A stretch of DNA of 32,000 bases from Candidatus Saccharimonadota bacterium (GCF_047555085.1 NZ_CP180230.1:270001-302000); one strand, 5' to 3'. Shown: positions 15,782 to 25,608, numbered from the stretch's first letter. Notes: generated from the sequence alone by a model not told the origin. Translations and numbers: made by a program.

Positions 15782-17317
15782 GTGAGAGACAGAGTTAAAT
15801 CAGTGGTTCTGCCATCCTCGGTTGTGAACTTGCAAAATCTTTCTGCGCAAAGTTTCAGGCCTACACGCCAGCAGGCTGCTGTAATTGTTTCAGGGATAGT
15901 CAGTATGGGCCTGGAGATTTTAGCAGGTAGAGTTCTTGCTCCGGAGTTCGGGAACAGTATCTACACCTGGGGATCGATTATAGGTGTTTCGATGCTGGCC
16001 TTGAGCCTTGGATACCACTACGGCGGGAAAAGCTCGAAGAATATTTCTTTCAACGACTTGAGTCGTTACCTGACGTATACTGCGCTTTACATAACTGCGT
16101 TGATCTACTTCGGAGATATGTTCCTGACTTTAAGCTCTGCGCTTCCAATACCTGCGCGTTACTCTGCGATTATACCTGTTGCAGTGCTTTTCGGGCCTCC
16201 GACTTACTTTCTGGGATTTATCAGTCCGTACGCAGTCCAGCTATCGAAGAAGGAAGACAAGGGAGAGGCCTCAGGACATTTCTACGCTGTAGGGACGGCT
16301 GGAAGTATACTTGGAGCTTTCGGAACGACTTTCTTCCTCATCCCGGCGTTTTCTGTCAACAGTATCTATACTTTTTTCGCAGCCCTATCTATAATCCCTG
16401 CGATCTCAAGCTTCAGAGATCCGAAAAGCCTGCTGCTTCCAGGTATAATAATTGCTGGTATTGTCCTGGGAGGTTCAACACCGGTCTCCGGGAACACGGT
16501 CTACGAGGATTCCACTCCGTATCAGGAGCTACGTGTATCGGATAGTGATGGTGTCAGAACGCTTTATCTTGGAGGCCAGCCACAGAGCGCCACATACATT
16601 AATGGATCTGATGATTATGTCTGGGATTACCTTGACTACTTTCACATGCCGTTCCTGATGCGAGATGATGTTGAAAAAGTTCTTTTCATCGGCGGAGGAG
16701 GGTTCACAGCTCCACAGAGATTTGCAGAGATGAATATATCTGTCGACGCCGTGGAGATCGATCCTGGAGTAGTGAAAGCGGCAGAACAGTACTTCAATCT
16801 CTCGGAGTCAGAAAATCTCGATGTCCGTACCGGCGATGGAAGAAACTTTCTGGAGGCCTCTGAAGGAGATTACGATGTGATCTATGTGGATGCGTACAGG
16901 AAGGCCGAGGTGCCGTTCCATCTGACGACACAGGAGTTCATGCAACTCACGTACAACAAGACAGATGAAGACGGTGTAGTTGTCTCCAACGTCATCTCTA
17001 CGGCTTCAGGCCCGGGATCAGAGTTCGCCAGAAGCCAGTACAGGACTATAGACTCAGTTTATGAGTCTGTGTATTATTTCCCGACAGCTGATACTTCTCT
17101 GGCGCAGAACATAGAGATAGTTGCCTCTAAAAACAGCAGGATGTCCAGAGAAGGCCTTGGAGACAGGGCGAAAAGCTATAGAGGCCTGAATCTTTCAGAT
17201 GAGGTTGGAAATCTTGAGGATATCAGTCCTGGAGATGTTCCGGTATTGAAGGATGATTATGCGCCTGTTGAGGAGCTGATGAATCCGTTGATCGGTGAGA
17301 AGTACAATATCAACTGA
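15782..17317 (+). CDS. spermidine-synthase-like protein fused to an N-terminal polytopic membrane domain
   Basis: About 230 aa with multiple hydrophobic helices, then a Rossmann-type KVLFIGGGGFTAPQRF and DVIYVDAY typical of spermidine synthase-family enzymes. GTG start in the track; the true start is uncertain. Confidence 0.7.
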   Translation: MRDRVKSVVLPSSVVNLQNLSAQSFRPTRQQAAVIVSGIVSMGLEILAGRVLAPEFGNSIYTWGSIIGVSMLALSLGYHYGGKSSKNISFNDLSRYLTYTALYITALIYFGDMFLTLSSALPIPARYSAIIPVAVLFGPPTYFLGFISPYAVQLSKKEDKGEASGHFYAVGTAGSILGAFGTTFFLIPAFSVNSIYTFFAALSIIPAISSFRDPKSLLLPGIIIAGIVLGGSTPVSGNTVYEDSTPYQELRVSDSDGVRTLYLGGQPQSATYINGSDDYVWDYLDYFHMPFLMRDDVEKVLFIGGGGFTAPQRFAEMNISVDAVEIDPGVVKAAEQYFNLSESENLDVRTGDGRNFLEASEGDYDVIYVDAYRKAEVPFHLTTQEFMQLTYNKTDEDGVVVSNVISTASGPGSEFARSQYRTIDSVYESVYYFPTADTSLAQNIEIVASKNSRMSREGLGDRAKSYRGLNLSDEVGNLEDISPGDVPVLKDDYAPVEELMNPLIGEKYNIN

Positions 17318-17368
17318 TTCGCTGAACATTTATTCAGTTTTATAAGGTTGTATGCATCGAGATATGTT

Positions 17369-18463
17369 ATGAATAATCCTCTGGAGATGCTTGCAGATCT
17401 TCAGGTCGAGTATTCTCGTGCAATCGTTCTTGGAGGTCTTTTGATGACTGTTGTACTTGCGACAGGCCTTCCAAGCATTCAACTGGAGACTGATTTCCAG
17501 TCAAGTCTGCCGGATACTCTGCCGGAGATCCAGGCGCAGGACAAGGTTGAATCAGAGTTTAGATCCTCAAGCGCCATAATTGTACTTTTCCAGACGAATA
17601 AGGAATCTCTTGAGGAGAACTTTGTAACTGATGTACGTGATCCGCGGATGCTCAGGATGCAGAAGACTTTGACTGAGGAGCTGGAGGCGGAATCGATGGT
17701 CGGCCAGGTACAGTCTCCGGCATCGTTGTTCCCACGGATACCGGATACAAAGGAGCAGGTGAAAAAAGCTCTTGAGGGAACACAGACAGGAAGTTTCTTC
17801 AACAGAGACTACACCGCAACTCAGATGTACGTCAATCTTGAGGACGAGATGACAGAGCAGAATATCCGGGCAGCTACAGAATTAATCGAACAGAATCTTG
17901 AACAGACTCCGAAACAGCCCGGTATAGATATCACTGTTACAGGAAATCCTGTCATCCGTACCGATATGGGAGACACAATGGTCTCCGATTCGATGACAAC
18001 TATCTCGGCTGCATCTCTGCTGATACTTGTACTTCTGGGCTTTGCTCGTGGAAGAATCTACGGGCCTATAACTTTTGTGCCGCTTTTCATAGGCCTGATA
18101 TGGACTCTGGGAATGATGGGGCATCTCGGTATTCCTCTGACTATTGCCACAATCGCTCTCGGAGCTATGATTCTGGGCCTTGGAGTAGAGTACGGATCAT
18201 TCATCACTGAAAGAATAATAGAGGAAAAGGAAAAGCTTGGAGATGTAGAGGCAGCTGTGAAGGATTCGGTACCTACCACAGGCCTAGCCATACTTGGTTC
18301 CTCGACTACAACTATTGTAGGGTTCTCTGCTTTGCTTATCGCGTCTATTTCATTTATCAGGAATCTTGGGCTTACGCTAGGCCTTGGAATCGCTCTGACG
18401 CTTGTTTCAGCGCTTGTGATAACTCCTGCATTGATAATCGAGTACGAGAGGTGGAGAAAATGA
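17369..18463 (+). CDS. RND/MMPL-superfamily exporter, half-size subunit 1
   Basis: Topology of 1 TM, an extracytoplasmic loop of about 190 aa, then 5 TM (LLILVLLGF, FVPLFIGLIWTLGMMG, IALGAMILGLGVEYG, ...), as in HAE3-type archaeal RND proteins. The track start is a TTG at 17348; the first ATG is 17369. Confidence 0.7.
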   Translation: MNNPLEMLADLQVEYSRAIVLGGLLMTVVLATGLPSIQLETDFQSSLPDTLPEIQAQDKVESEFRSSSAIIVLFQTNKESLEENFVTDVRDPRMLRMQKTLTEELEAESMVGQVQSPASLFPRIPDTKEQVKKALEGTQTGSFFNRDYTATQMYVNLEDEMTEQNIRAATELIEQNLEQTPKQPGIDITVTGNPVIRTDMGDTMVSDSMTTISAASLLILVLLGFARGRIYGPITFVPLFIGLIWTLGMMGHLGIPLTIATIALGAMILGLGVEYGSFITERIIEEKEKLGDVEAAVKDSVPTTGLAILGSSTTTIVGFSALLIASISFIRNLGLTLGLGIALTLVSALVITPALIIEYERWRK

Positions 18464-19596
18464 AAAATAGAATGATTGACAGGTATTCACGTCTGATTGT
18501 TCAGAGGCCTTTCGCCTTGCTGACGGTTATGGTAGTTCTTACAGCTTTTCTTGCTGCTGGAGCATCAAAAGTTGAAACAGTAGAGCAGAATCAGGAGGAT
18601 CTTCTTCCTGACAGCATTGATTCTGTAGCCGCATTCGATGTTATAGGAGCAGAATTCGGTCAGGGAGGTGGCAGCGGCGCAACTTTCACTGTATTATTCG
18701 AGACAGATCCGCGGTACGCCAACTCGACCGAGATAAGAGATGTACGGAATCCAGAATTGCTTGAATACATAGAAAGAGTTTCAAATGATCTATCAAGCAT
18801 GAACGACGTCGCTACAGTCTCATCTGCAGCTGATCTTGTCGACGAGCCTTCAAGCAGGAGGGAGGCCTCCAGACAGTTGCGTGAAAGCGGACAGGCCTCA
18901 CAGTTCGTCTCGGATGATTACAGCTTTACTATAATGAGGGTAACATCTACAGATCTTTCCTCTGAAGAGCAGCAGGCTCTTGCGGACAGGATAAAGACAT
19001 CTGTACAGGTCAACGAAAAGCCTGCGGGTATAGAAACAGGGTACACCGGGACGCCTTTCATCAATCAGGCCTTTCAGGAACAGACACAGAGCACAATGAG
19101 CAGTACATCAGCTATATCGCTTATCGGAGTTCTTGTGGTCGTGATTTTGCTTTTCCGATCTATAGCGTATGGATTAAGCTCTTTGACTGCCCTGATTTTC
19201 GGTATAATCGCAGGATTCGGCCTCTACGGATGGCTGGGCCTTAACATGAGTCCTGCAACTTCCGGAGCAGTATCCATGGGGATGGGAATCGCTATAGACT
19301 TTGGGATCCAGACAGTATCACGGTACAGGGAGGAAAGAGAGAAACTGGATATAGGCGAGGCCTTGTCCGAGACTATCAAGGGAATTCTGAATCCTATGAC
19401 TATCGCTCTTATAGCGGCCTTGATAGGATTCACATCGCTGTCTTTCGGAAGGATAACTTTCCTATCCGATATGGGTACAATGCTTACTCTGACTACATTA
19501 TGCGCCTACATCGGTGCTTTGACTATTATACCGATTTCTCTGGTCGTATATGATCGCTATCTGACTAAAATTATGCTAAAGGTGAAACAACAATGA
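18460..19596 (+). CDS. RND/MMPL-superfamily exporter, half-size subunit 2
   Basis: Same 1 TM + loop + 5 TM topology as the upstream gene. The ATG at 18460 overlaps the upstream TGA (ATGA). The track uses the GTG at 18451. Confidence 0.7.
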   Translation: MKNRMIDRYSRLIVQRPFALLTVMVVLTAFLAAGASKVETVEQNQEDLLPDSIDSVAAFDVIGAEFGQGGGSGATFTVLFETDPRYANSTEIRDVRNPELLEYIERVSNDLSSMNDVATVSSAADLVDEPSSRREASRQLRESGQASQFVSDDYSFTIMRVTSTDLSSEEQQALADRIKTSVQVNEKPAGIETGYTGTPFINQAFQEQTQSTMSSTSAISLIGVLVVVILLFRSIAYGLSSLTALIFGIIAGFGLYGWLGLNMSPATSGAVSMGMGIAIDFGIQTVSRYREEREKLDIGEALSETIKGILNPMTIALIAALIGFTSLSFGRITFLSDMGTMLTLTTLCAYIGALTIIPISLVVYDRYLTKIMLKVKQQ

Positions 19597-20816
19597 ACAA
19601 GACACGACTTACGACACTTCTGCTGCTTGCAGGCCTCCTAATGAGCTCTGCGGCAGCTCAACAATCTACACGGGCCTCGACGAATATTGAGGCCTCTCTA
19701 ATCAATTCCGATCCTGTCCCTCTACAGTCCGGGGAACAGGGCGATCTTTCTTTCAAGATCGTAAATAACGGGGATAAAGAGGCCCAGAACGTTGAGGTAC
19801 GGCTTCTTGATAACTATCCGTTTGAGTTGAAGCCGGATAGGCAGAGGAACTATTCTCTCGGCGATATGGTTTCAGGTCAGGAGTACCAGATTTCTACATC
19901 TGTTCTTGTGGCAGATGATGCGCCTGATGGTTCCAACAACTTCAGGGTTCAGATCAGTTACGGAGATTTTTCTGTAACCAGGAACATCCCTGTAGAAGTT
20001 CAAAGCGAGGACATCGAGCTGAACGTGGCAAATCTCAAGACACAGCCACAGCAGCTTATGCCGGATACAGACAACAACATGATGTCTGTAGATATAGTCA
20101 ACAATGGAGAGAAGACGGCTGAAAACGTCGTCCTGAACCTTTACTTCCCTGGGTTCTTCCAGGAGACATCAAGCTTCTCCACACGCCAGGCGCTGGGGAA
20201 CATCCAGCCAGGCCAGATCAAGACAGCAGAGTTCAACTTCGACATCAATGAGACAGCTCCAGCAGGATCAACATCGATCAACGGAGACCTACAGTATTCT
20301 GCAGGAGACTCAACATCAGAGATCACAGATCCTGTAAGCTTCAATCTTTACATGGAAGGCAAGCCACAGTTCCAGATCACAGGAGTCGAAAGCAACCTCA
20401 GAACAGGGAACACGGGAGAACTGAGACTTGAAGTCAAGAACATCGGCGCAGAACAATCATCCTCTACAAGAATCAGAGTACTGGATTCAAGCGACCAGCC
20501 GTTCAGTTATGATTCATCCAGCAAGTACATAGGAACACTTGAACCAGGAAAGACCGGAGAAGCAGTATTCGAAGTAGACACCGAATCCGATGCAGCAGTC
20601 AAGCAATACCTCGTAGACTTTGAGACACGAGGAGTCAAAAGCACTGAAGTATTCGTAGAAGACGAAACAGTACAGGTAGACGTCACTAACGGAAAGACCG
20701 AAGAATCCGGTATTCCTGTGCCTCTACTGGGAGGCCTTATCGTTCTGATCGGAGCAGGAATCTACATTTTCCGCAGAAGAAAATCCAGCAGCGAACAGGA
20801 CGAGGAATCAGAGTAA
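19593..20816 (+). CDS. secreted CARDB/S-layer-domain-like surface protein with a C-terminal TM anchor
   Basis: Signal-like N-terminus (LTTLLLLAGLLMSSAAA). Three repeated beta-rich modules (..G..GDLSFKIVNNGDKEAQNVEV.., ..VDIVNNGEKTAENVVL.., ..LRLEVKNIGAEQSS..). C-terminal TM plus basic tail (LIVLIGAGIYIFRRRK). ATGA overlap with the RND gene. Confidence 0.65.
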   Translation: MNKTRLTTLLLLAGLLMSSAAAQQSTRASTNIEASLINSDPVPLQSGEQGDLSFKIVNNGDKEAQNVEVRLLDNYPFELKPDRQRNYSLGDMVSGQEYQISTSVLVADDAPDGSNNFRVQISYGDFSVTRNIPVEVQSEDIELNVANLKTQPQQLMPDTDNNMMSVDIVNNGEKTAENVVLNLYFPGFFQETSSFSTRQALGNIQPGQIKTAEFNFDINETAPAGSTSINGDLQYSAGDSTSEITDPVSFNLYMEGKPQFQITGVESNLRTGNTGELRLEVKNIGAEQSSSTRIRVLDSSDQPFSYDSSSKYIGTLEPGKTGEAVFEVDTESDAAVKQYLVDFETRGVKSTEVFVEDETVQVDVTNGKTEESGIPVPLLGGLIVLIGAGIYIFRRRKSSSEQDEESE

Positions 20817-20824
20817 ACTTCATG

Positions 20825-20857
20825 GAGGCCTTACGGGAAGAGGCCTCTACATTTTTT
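20825..20857 (+). terminator. hairpin built from two AGGCCT copies followed by T6
   Basis: GAGGCCT (20825-20831) pairs with AGGCCTC (20841-20847) across a 9-nt loop, followed by TTTTTT at 20852-20857. Lies 9 nt after the stop of 19593..20816. Confidence 0.5.
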
Positions 20858-20909
20858 CCTCCTTCCTTTTCCAAAAAAGGACTTAATTTTTACTGATTGA
20901 TAACAACTT

Positions 20910-21296
20910 ATGGATTACAGGGATAGGGAGGTCTACGGAAGATTAACTGACAGCGAGCTCGAGTACTCCCTCAAAAGATCAGCGGAAATGATGGAAGAGG
21001 CCGTACAGAGTTTTATGGCCTCGCTTTATCTTCAGGATACACGGAATAATCTGGACAGCTTGGGATTTGACCGGCTTGTACTTGGCCTTTCCGGAGACGA
21101 AGTCGACGACGCAGAGGAATACATGAATACCGCAAAGTTCGAGTACGATAAAGCACTCAGAGAGGCCTCGTCCAGAGAAAAAGATTTCTCGGATCATATG
21201 ATCGATGAAGATGAAATGCTTGTGGAGACACGTGAATGGATCGAGGAGCTAACTTTTGACCGTATAGGCCTATCAGGAATAGCGAGAAATCTCTAG
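20910..21296 (+). CDS. hypothetical acidic protein (128 aa)
   Basis: ATG-initiated ORF with window-typical composition. No motif recognised. Confidence 0.45.
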   Translation: MDYRDREVYGRLTDSELEYSLKRSAEMMEEAVQSFMASLYLQDTRNNLDSLGFDRLVLGLSGDEVDDAEEYMNTAKFEYDKALREASSREKDFSDHMIDEDEMLVETREWIEELTFDRIGLSGIARNL

Positions 21297-21331
21297 AAGA
21301 TCTATCAAGACACAATACGGAAGTGAAAAAT

Positions 21332-21351
21332 CCGCCTCCCCGATTTGAACG
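21332..21351 (-). repeat. 20-nt exact copy of the 3' end of tRNA-Tyr (T-loop/T-stem/acceptor 3' strand)
   Basis: CCGCCTCCCCGATTTGAACG at 21332-21351 is identical to 21409-21428 inside the tRNA gene, in direct orientation with a 77-nt offset. Confidence 0.85.
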
Positions 21352-21406
21352 TACTAAAACTAGGAGAGTTTTCTGGACAGTCGAAATCGGAAAAATTATA
21401 TCAGAA

Positions 21407-21480
21407 TCCCGCCTCCCCGATTTGAACGGGGGACAAGTCGATCTACAGTCGACCGCTCTGCCAGGCTGAGCTAAGGCGGG
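21407..21480 (-). tRNA. tRNA-Tyr (anticodon GTA), 74 nt, no intron, no encoded CCA
   Basis: The reverse complement folds by hand into a cloverleaf: CCCGCCT-TA-GCTC-AGCCTGGCA-GAGC-G-GTCGA-CTGTAGA-TCGAC-TTGTC-CCCCG-TTCAAAT-CGGGG-AGGCGGG-A. It has a C1:G72 pair, as expected for archaeal tRNA-Tyr. Confidence 0.9.
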
Positions 21481-21584
21481 TACAGTTGAAGGCCTCTTTC
21501 ATGTAAATCTGTTAATCAGGCCCTTCTCTATGTCTAGGAATTAGTGGAAAATATTTAATAGGGTTTGCTGAATACAGTCTCTCT

Positions 21585-22928
21585 TTATCTTTTCTTCGAC
21601 TGTGCTACTGTTTCTCCATCCTCGATTACTTCTGCCTCGGGAAGCTCCATGCCGTCCTCCACTTCTACCTTTGGAGTTACTCTGTACTGGATGACTCTTC
21701 TCTCCCCCGGCTTGAAGTCTTCAAGCGTCCACTCCATCTCTACGCCGTCAGTAGTCTTCCTTATCTCAGGCTTCGCCATCTCAAACTCTTCCTGGAGCTG
21801 TGCAGCATTAGGGACGTAATCTCTGATAGTTACCTGTGGCTTGAAGCCCTCAGTATCATTCACTATCTCCAGTGAAACCTTCAGATCCTCATCAAGTTCC
21901 TCGACTTCTTTACTAATCTTGAAACTGCCTGTCAATCTTCCAAGTACTGCAAGACCCAGGATAATAATTGCTGCAAGCGCCAGAGGAATCCAGTAATTAA
22001 CCTGATAACTGAAAGTCATCTCCTCGCCTGGCTGAAGCTGGAAATCCCAGATATACGTATTGCTGTCTTCTTCTTTCACAGTCCTGCTAGGAGCAGGATC
22101 CAGATCAAGAATAGGATCCAGATACGAAGGGAAAGTAATATTCTCGGATAGATTTGCAACACTGTTTCCATTGTTCTCTACGTTCCTGCTACCTGTAACA
22201 ATAAGGACTCTGTCATCCATCTCTCCACTCCTGTTAATCTTTCTAACTTCTTCAACCTGTACAAGACGCGAGAAAACTCTTTCCTCGCCATCCTGAACAA
22301 GCTTAATCGAGATATTTCTGCTTCCTGGAGAGGCCTCCTGTGAAATATCGTATTCAAAGCTGTAAGTCTTCAGCGCTCCTGGTGCAAGAGGATCAGTATC
22401 CACATCTCTCTGTTCGCCGTCAAAACTCGATGAAATACTGTAATCATCGACTATACGAGGCAGAATATTCTGTACTGTTATAGAGGCCTCTACTGTCTCT
22501 CCTGGAAGGAAGCTTTCCTTGTTCACGTTAAAATCGGGGACGTTCATCCTGTAATCTCTGTTCACACGCATGTAATCAGAGAGAACTTTCGTCTCATCTG
22601 TCTTGAAATCTGTAACAAATATCTTGAAACTGTAACTTTGCTGTAAAGCATCTTCGCCTGGAGAAATAGTAACACGGAAGTCTCTGGATTCGCCGGCAGG
22701 AATCCGTCTGGAGTTATCGAAGTATATCCATCCTGAGCGGCTGAACTCGTAATCCAGAACGAAACGACGCTCCTCCGAGGCATTATTGAAAACTGTAACA
22801 TTGAAAACTGCCTGTTCACCTGGAGAGGCCTCACGATCCACAGGCTCCATCGATGCAGTGAAAGCTGAAGCTGTGAAAATCATTGCAAGAAATGCGAGGA
22901 TCAGAGCAGCTTTTCGCATACCTAACAA
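21585..22928 (-). CDS. surface (glyco)protein with a signal peptide, CARDB/NEW3-like beta modules, one TM and a C-terminal tail of about 110 aa
   Basis: N-terminal AALILAFLAMIFTASAFTA. Many N-x-S/T sequons (NVT, NAS, NIS, NRS, NLS, NIT). TM segment IPLALAAIIILGLAVLG about 115 aa before the C-terminus. Confidence 0.6.
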   Translation of the reverse strand: MLGMRKAALILAFLAMIFTASAFTASMEPVDREASPGEQAVFNVTVFNNASEERRFVLDYEFSRSGWIYFDNSRRIPAGESRDFRVTISPGEDALQQSYSFKIFVTDFKTDETKVLSDYMRVNRDYRMNVPDFNVNKESFLPGETVEASITVQNILPRIVDDYSISSSFDGEQRDVDTDPLAPGALKTYSFEYDISQEASPGSRNISIKLVQDGEERVFSRLVQVEEVRKINRSGEMDDRVLIVTGSRNVENNGNSVANLSENITFPSYLDPILDLDPAPSRTVKEEDSNTYIWDFQLQPGEEMTFSYQVNYWIPLALAAIIILGLAVLGRLTGSFKISKEVEELDEDLKVSLEIVNDTEGFKPQVTIRDYVPNAAQLQEEFEMAKPEIRKTTDGVEMEWTLEDFKPGERRVIQYRVTPKVEVEDGMELPEAEVIEDGETVAQSKKR

Positions 22929-22988
22929 AAACTTCTCAATCCTTCTTTATATTACATTTTACTGTCTCCAGTAAAGAAAAAGGAATTT

Positions 22989-24842
22989 CTACAGATAATC
23001 CTGAAGCTCCTCGCCCAGAATTCTTGAAACAGTTCCTCCATCGGCCTCAACTCTCTCCATGACAAGGCCCATCAAAGCACCCTGAGCATGCTCTCCCTGC
23101 TCCTCAATCATCTCCTGCTTCTGATCTATTACCTCCTGGACAACTTCACGGATCTCATCTTCAGAGGCCTTCCCCGAGACAACTTCTTCGACAGCCTCTT
23201 CAGGACTTGAAGGATTCTCAGCCATCTCTGTCAGAACCTCCTCGAAATCCCCTTTAGCAACTTCGTCCCTATCGAAGGCCTCGAAAAGACTTCTGTAATG
23301 CCTTTTCTCAAGCTTGTCTACAGGAACATTCTCCGACTCCAGCTTGGAGTAAATATTCGTGAAAACGTTCGCAACAAGCTTCGCATCGAAATCATCCTTG
23401 AAGGCCTCGAAAAGAGGCAAAAGCTCCGATGAAACAATCTGAGTGGCCAGTTCTTCCCCTATCTCTTCAGTATACTCTTTTTCACGCTCATCCAATGTCC
23501 TCGGAAGATTTTCATCAACTTCCTCGATTTTCTCATCTGAGATCTTTATCGGAGGAATATCTGTCTCCGGATACATACGGGCTGCTCCAGGAAGAGGCCT
23601 GGAATAACTTGTAGTGAAATCCTGCTCCGCGTTCCGTGTCTCCTCAGGTACCTCTCCAGTATAGAATTTTTCAGCTCTATCCCTGACTGCTTTAGCTGCT
23701 TCACGTGCCTTATCCTCAGGACCTGCCAGTACCGCGATAACATCGTCTTCTGAGGCCTTGAAGATATCTCTCAGCTCTTCAAACTCCTCCTGGATTCCGT
23801 AGTCACGATCTTCATCAGTATGAAGTATCCCCTGGATGCCACGAGTCTTAGCGTAGTCTACAAGTTCAAGCGCCAGGTATCTGTCACCTGAGATTTTCTC
23901 CTTCATCCTTCCTGCGAGGCCCGGGAACTTGAATCCATAGACCGCTCCATCGTTCTCAAGAACTGTTGAAATTATCTGATTCTCCGAGTCCTCGAAAAGA
24001 TGTGTAACATTGTCTCCTACGACTTCCGAGGCCTCTTCTTCAAGTTCGTCTCCAAGTTCGATAAGATTTTTCTGCCTCTCAACTTCGTTTTCAATCAGTG
24101 TATCGATGTTGCGGACGTCCTGGAATCCCTTGATTTCCACTCGTGCACCGCCGTCGATCGAGACGTTGACGTCCTGCCTGATCGTTCCGATCCCTCTGCG
24201 AGCCTTTCCCGTAGATCTGAGAAGCATACCGATTTCCTCCGCTACTTCACGGGCGTGATCCGGATCTTTTATCGATGCATCCGTTCCAACTTCTATCAGT
24301 GGAACTCCAAGCCTTGAGAGATCGTAGACAGCTTTCTTCTCACTTCTATCATTGATTCCTGCGGATTCCTCCTCTAACTCGATGTCCTCGATCGCAACTT
24401 TTCCGGATTCTGTCTCAAGCTCTCCATCGAGGCCTACCATCGAAGTCCTCTGGAAACCGCTCGTATTCGAGCCGTCTACAACCATTTTACGCATGACCTG
24501 GATCTCTCTCGGGATACTGGCGTCGACCATACGTGCAAAAGTCAGAGCTGTATTCAGGGCCTCCTGACTCATCTTGTGCGGAGGCTCCTCATCCAGTTCC
24601 ACGAGACAGTTGTTCCTGTCGTGGTAATGATACATGAACTTTCTCTTCTTCATGGATTCTACTTCTGCGGCCTCATCCTGTTCTCCTGTCTCTCCAGCCA
24701 CTGATCTAAGACGTCTCTGTACTTTCGCGTCCGGGGCCTCGTCCTCGAGATCTACCGGACACCGGCAGAAAAGCTTTGTCTCAGTGTTAAGCTGCTGGTG
24801 AATCTCTATACCGCATTTGAATCCAAGTTCTTCGTAATCCAT
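22989..24842 (-). CDS. gatE: Glu-tRNA(Gln) amidotransferase subunit E
   Basis: 617 aa. MDYEELGFKCGIEIHQQLNTETKLFCRCP is the hallmark GatE N-terminus. It has a GatB-like core and a C-terminal YqeY-like helical tail. Confidence 0.92.
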   Translation of the reverse strand: MDYEELGFKCGIEIHQQLNTETKLFCRCPVDLEDEAPDAKVQRRLRSVAGETGEQDEAAEVESMKKRKFMYHYHDRNNCLVELDEEPPHKMSQEALNTALTFARMVDASIPREIQVMRKMVVDGSNTSGFQRTSMVGLDGELETESGKVAIEDIELEEESAGINDRSEKKAVYDLSRLGVPLIEVGTDASIKDPDHAREVAEEIGMLLRSTGKARRGIGTIRQDVNVSIDGGARVEIKGFQDVRNIDTLIENEVERQKNLIELGDELEEEASEVVGDNVTHLFEDSENQIISTVLENDGAVYGFKFPGLAGRMKEKISGDRYLALELVDYAKTRGIQGILHTDEDRDYGIQEEFEELRDIFKASEDDVIAVLAGPEDKAREAAKAVRDRAEKFYTGEVPEETRNAEQDFTTSYSRPLPGAARMYPETDIPPIKISDEKIEEVDENLPRTLDEREKEYTEEIGEELATQIVSSELLPLFEAFKDDFDAKLVANVFTNIYSKLESENVPVDKLEKRHYRSLFEAFDRDEVAKGDFEEVLTEMAENPSSPEEAVEEVVSGKASEDEIREVVQEVIDQKQEMIEEQGEHAQGALMGLVMERVEADGGTVSRILGEELQDYL

Positions 24843-24845
24843 TAT

Positions 24846-25079
24846 CTATTCATCCTCCACGATCTCCTCGATCTTTCTCTGAGCCTTTTCTCTGTAGGCC
24901 TCTAACTCATCGCCGTTCTTGATTATGGCCTCCTTCGGTCCGTCATATGCTGCTGCTATTGAATTCATCTCCTGAAAACGGTATCCAAGCTTTTCAGAGG
25001 CCTCTTTGATAACTTTCCTGGCTCTATCGCTGTCTTCAAGTTCGTAAGTCTTCTTTATACTTTCCTCTTCAAGATTCAA
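24846..25079 (-). CDS. small acidic helical protein (77 aa, hypothetical)
   Basis: ATG ORF packed between the kinase (11-nt overlap) and gatE (3-nt gap). No motif recognised. Confidence 0.5.
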   Translation of the reverse strand: MNLEEESIKKTYELEDSDRARKVIKEASEKLGYRFQEMNSIAAAYDGPKEAIIKNGDELEAYREKAQRKIEEIVEDE

Positions 25080-25608
25080 TTAATTTTTCCACCTTGTGTT
25101 CCAGTTGTTCCTCTGAGATATCCTCGTTTTTGATCATGTGGTCGCTGAGAGCCATAAGTTTCCCGACACCGTTTTCCACTTCTCTAAGATCTCTTTCATC
25201 GAATCCGTCACCTTTGACATCTTCTTCTCTCTTTCTATCCTCTCTTCTTTCTCTCCGTGTTTCTCTAGAGGTCCAGACAGCCACTACTTCGATATCGTGG
25301 CCTGTCTCCTTTTCGAAACGTTTTTTCTCGCTCCAGCCACGCATCCCGGTGATGACAATCCTTTCTTTCTCCTCCGCCATCTCCTTCAGGTACGGGATCG
25401 AGATTCTGGCTATCGCATCCATGCCGTGTTGAGCTCTCATGTCATTGACCCACTGCCCGGTATCCTCTGTAGCGATATTTCTTTTCTCCATCTCGATACG
25501 GACAACATCCCCCATATCAAGCACCGCAAAGCCATGATCCTGCATGTAATCCGCTACAGTCGTCTTGCCGGACAGAGGCATCCCTGTAACACCGTAGACC
25601 TCAGCCAC
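25069..25608 (-). CDS. P-loop nucleotide kinase, UPF0200 / dephospho-CoA-kinase-like family
   Basis: YGVTGMPLSGKTTVADYM...GFAVLDMGDVVR matches the archaeal UPF0200 pattern (GxTGMPGSGKS...MGDxxR). The C-terminal half is highly charged. Overlaps the gatD stop by 8 nt. Confidence 0.65.
   Translation of the reverse strand: MAEVYGVTGMPLSGKTTVADYMQDHGFAVLDMGDVVRIEMEKRNIATEDTGQWVNDMRAQHGMDAIARISIPYLKEMAEEKERIVITGMRGWSEKKRFEKETGHDIEVVAVWTSRETRRERREDRKREEDVKGDGFDERDLREVENGVGKLMALSDHMIKNEDISEEQLEHKVEKLIES

Noticed and set aside
21380-21392. Possible third, inverted degenerate copy of the tRNA T-arm (GTCGAAATCGG versus CCGATTTGAAC) inside the 55-bp spacer
   Set aside because: Only about 7-8 matching bases with an indel, which is too weak to distinguish from chance.
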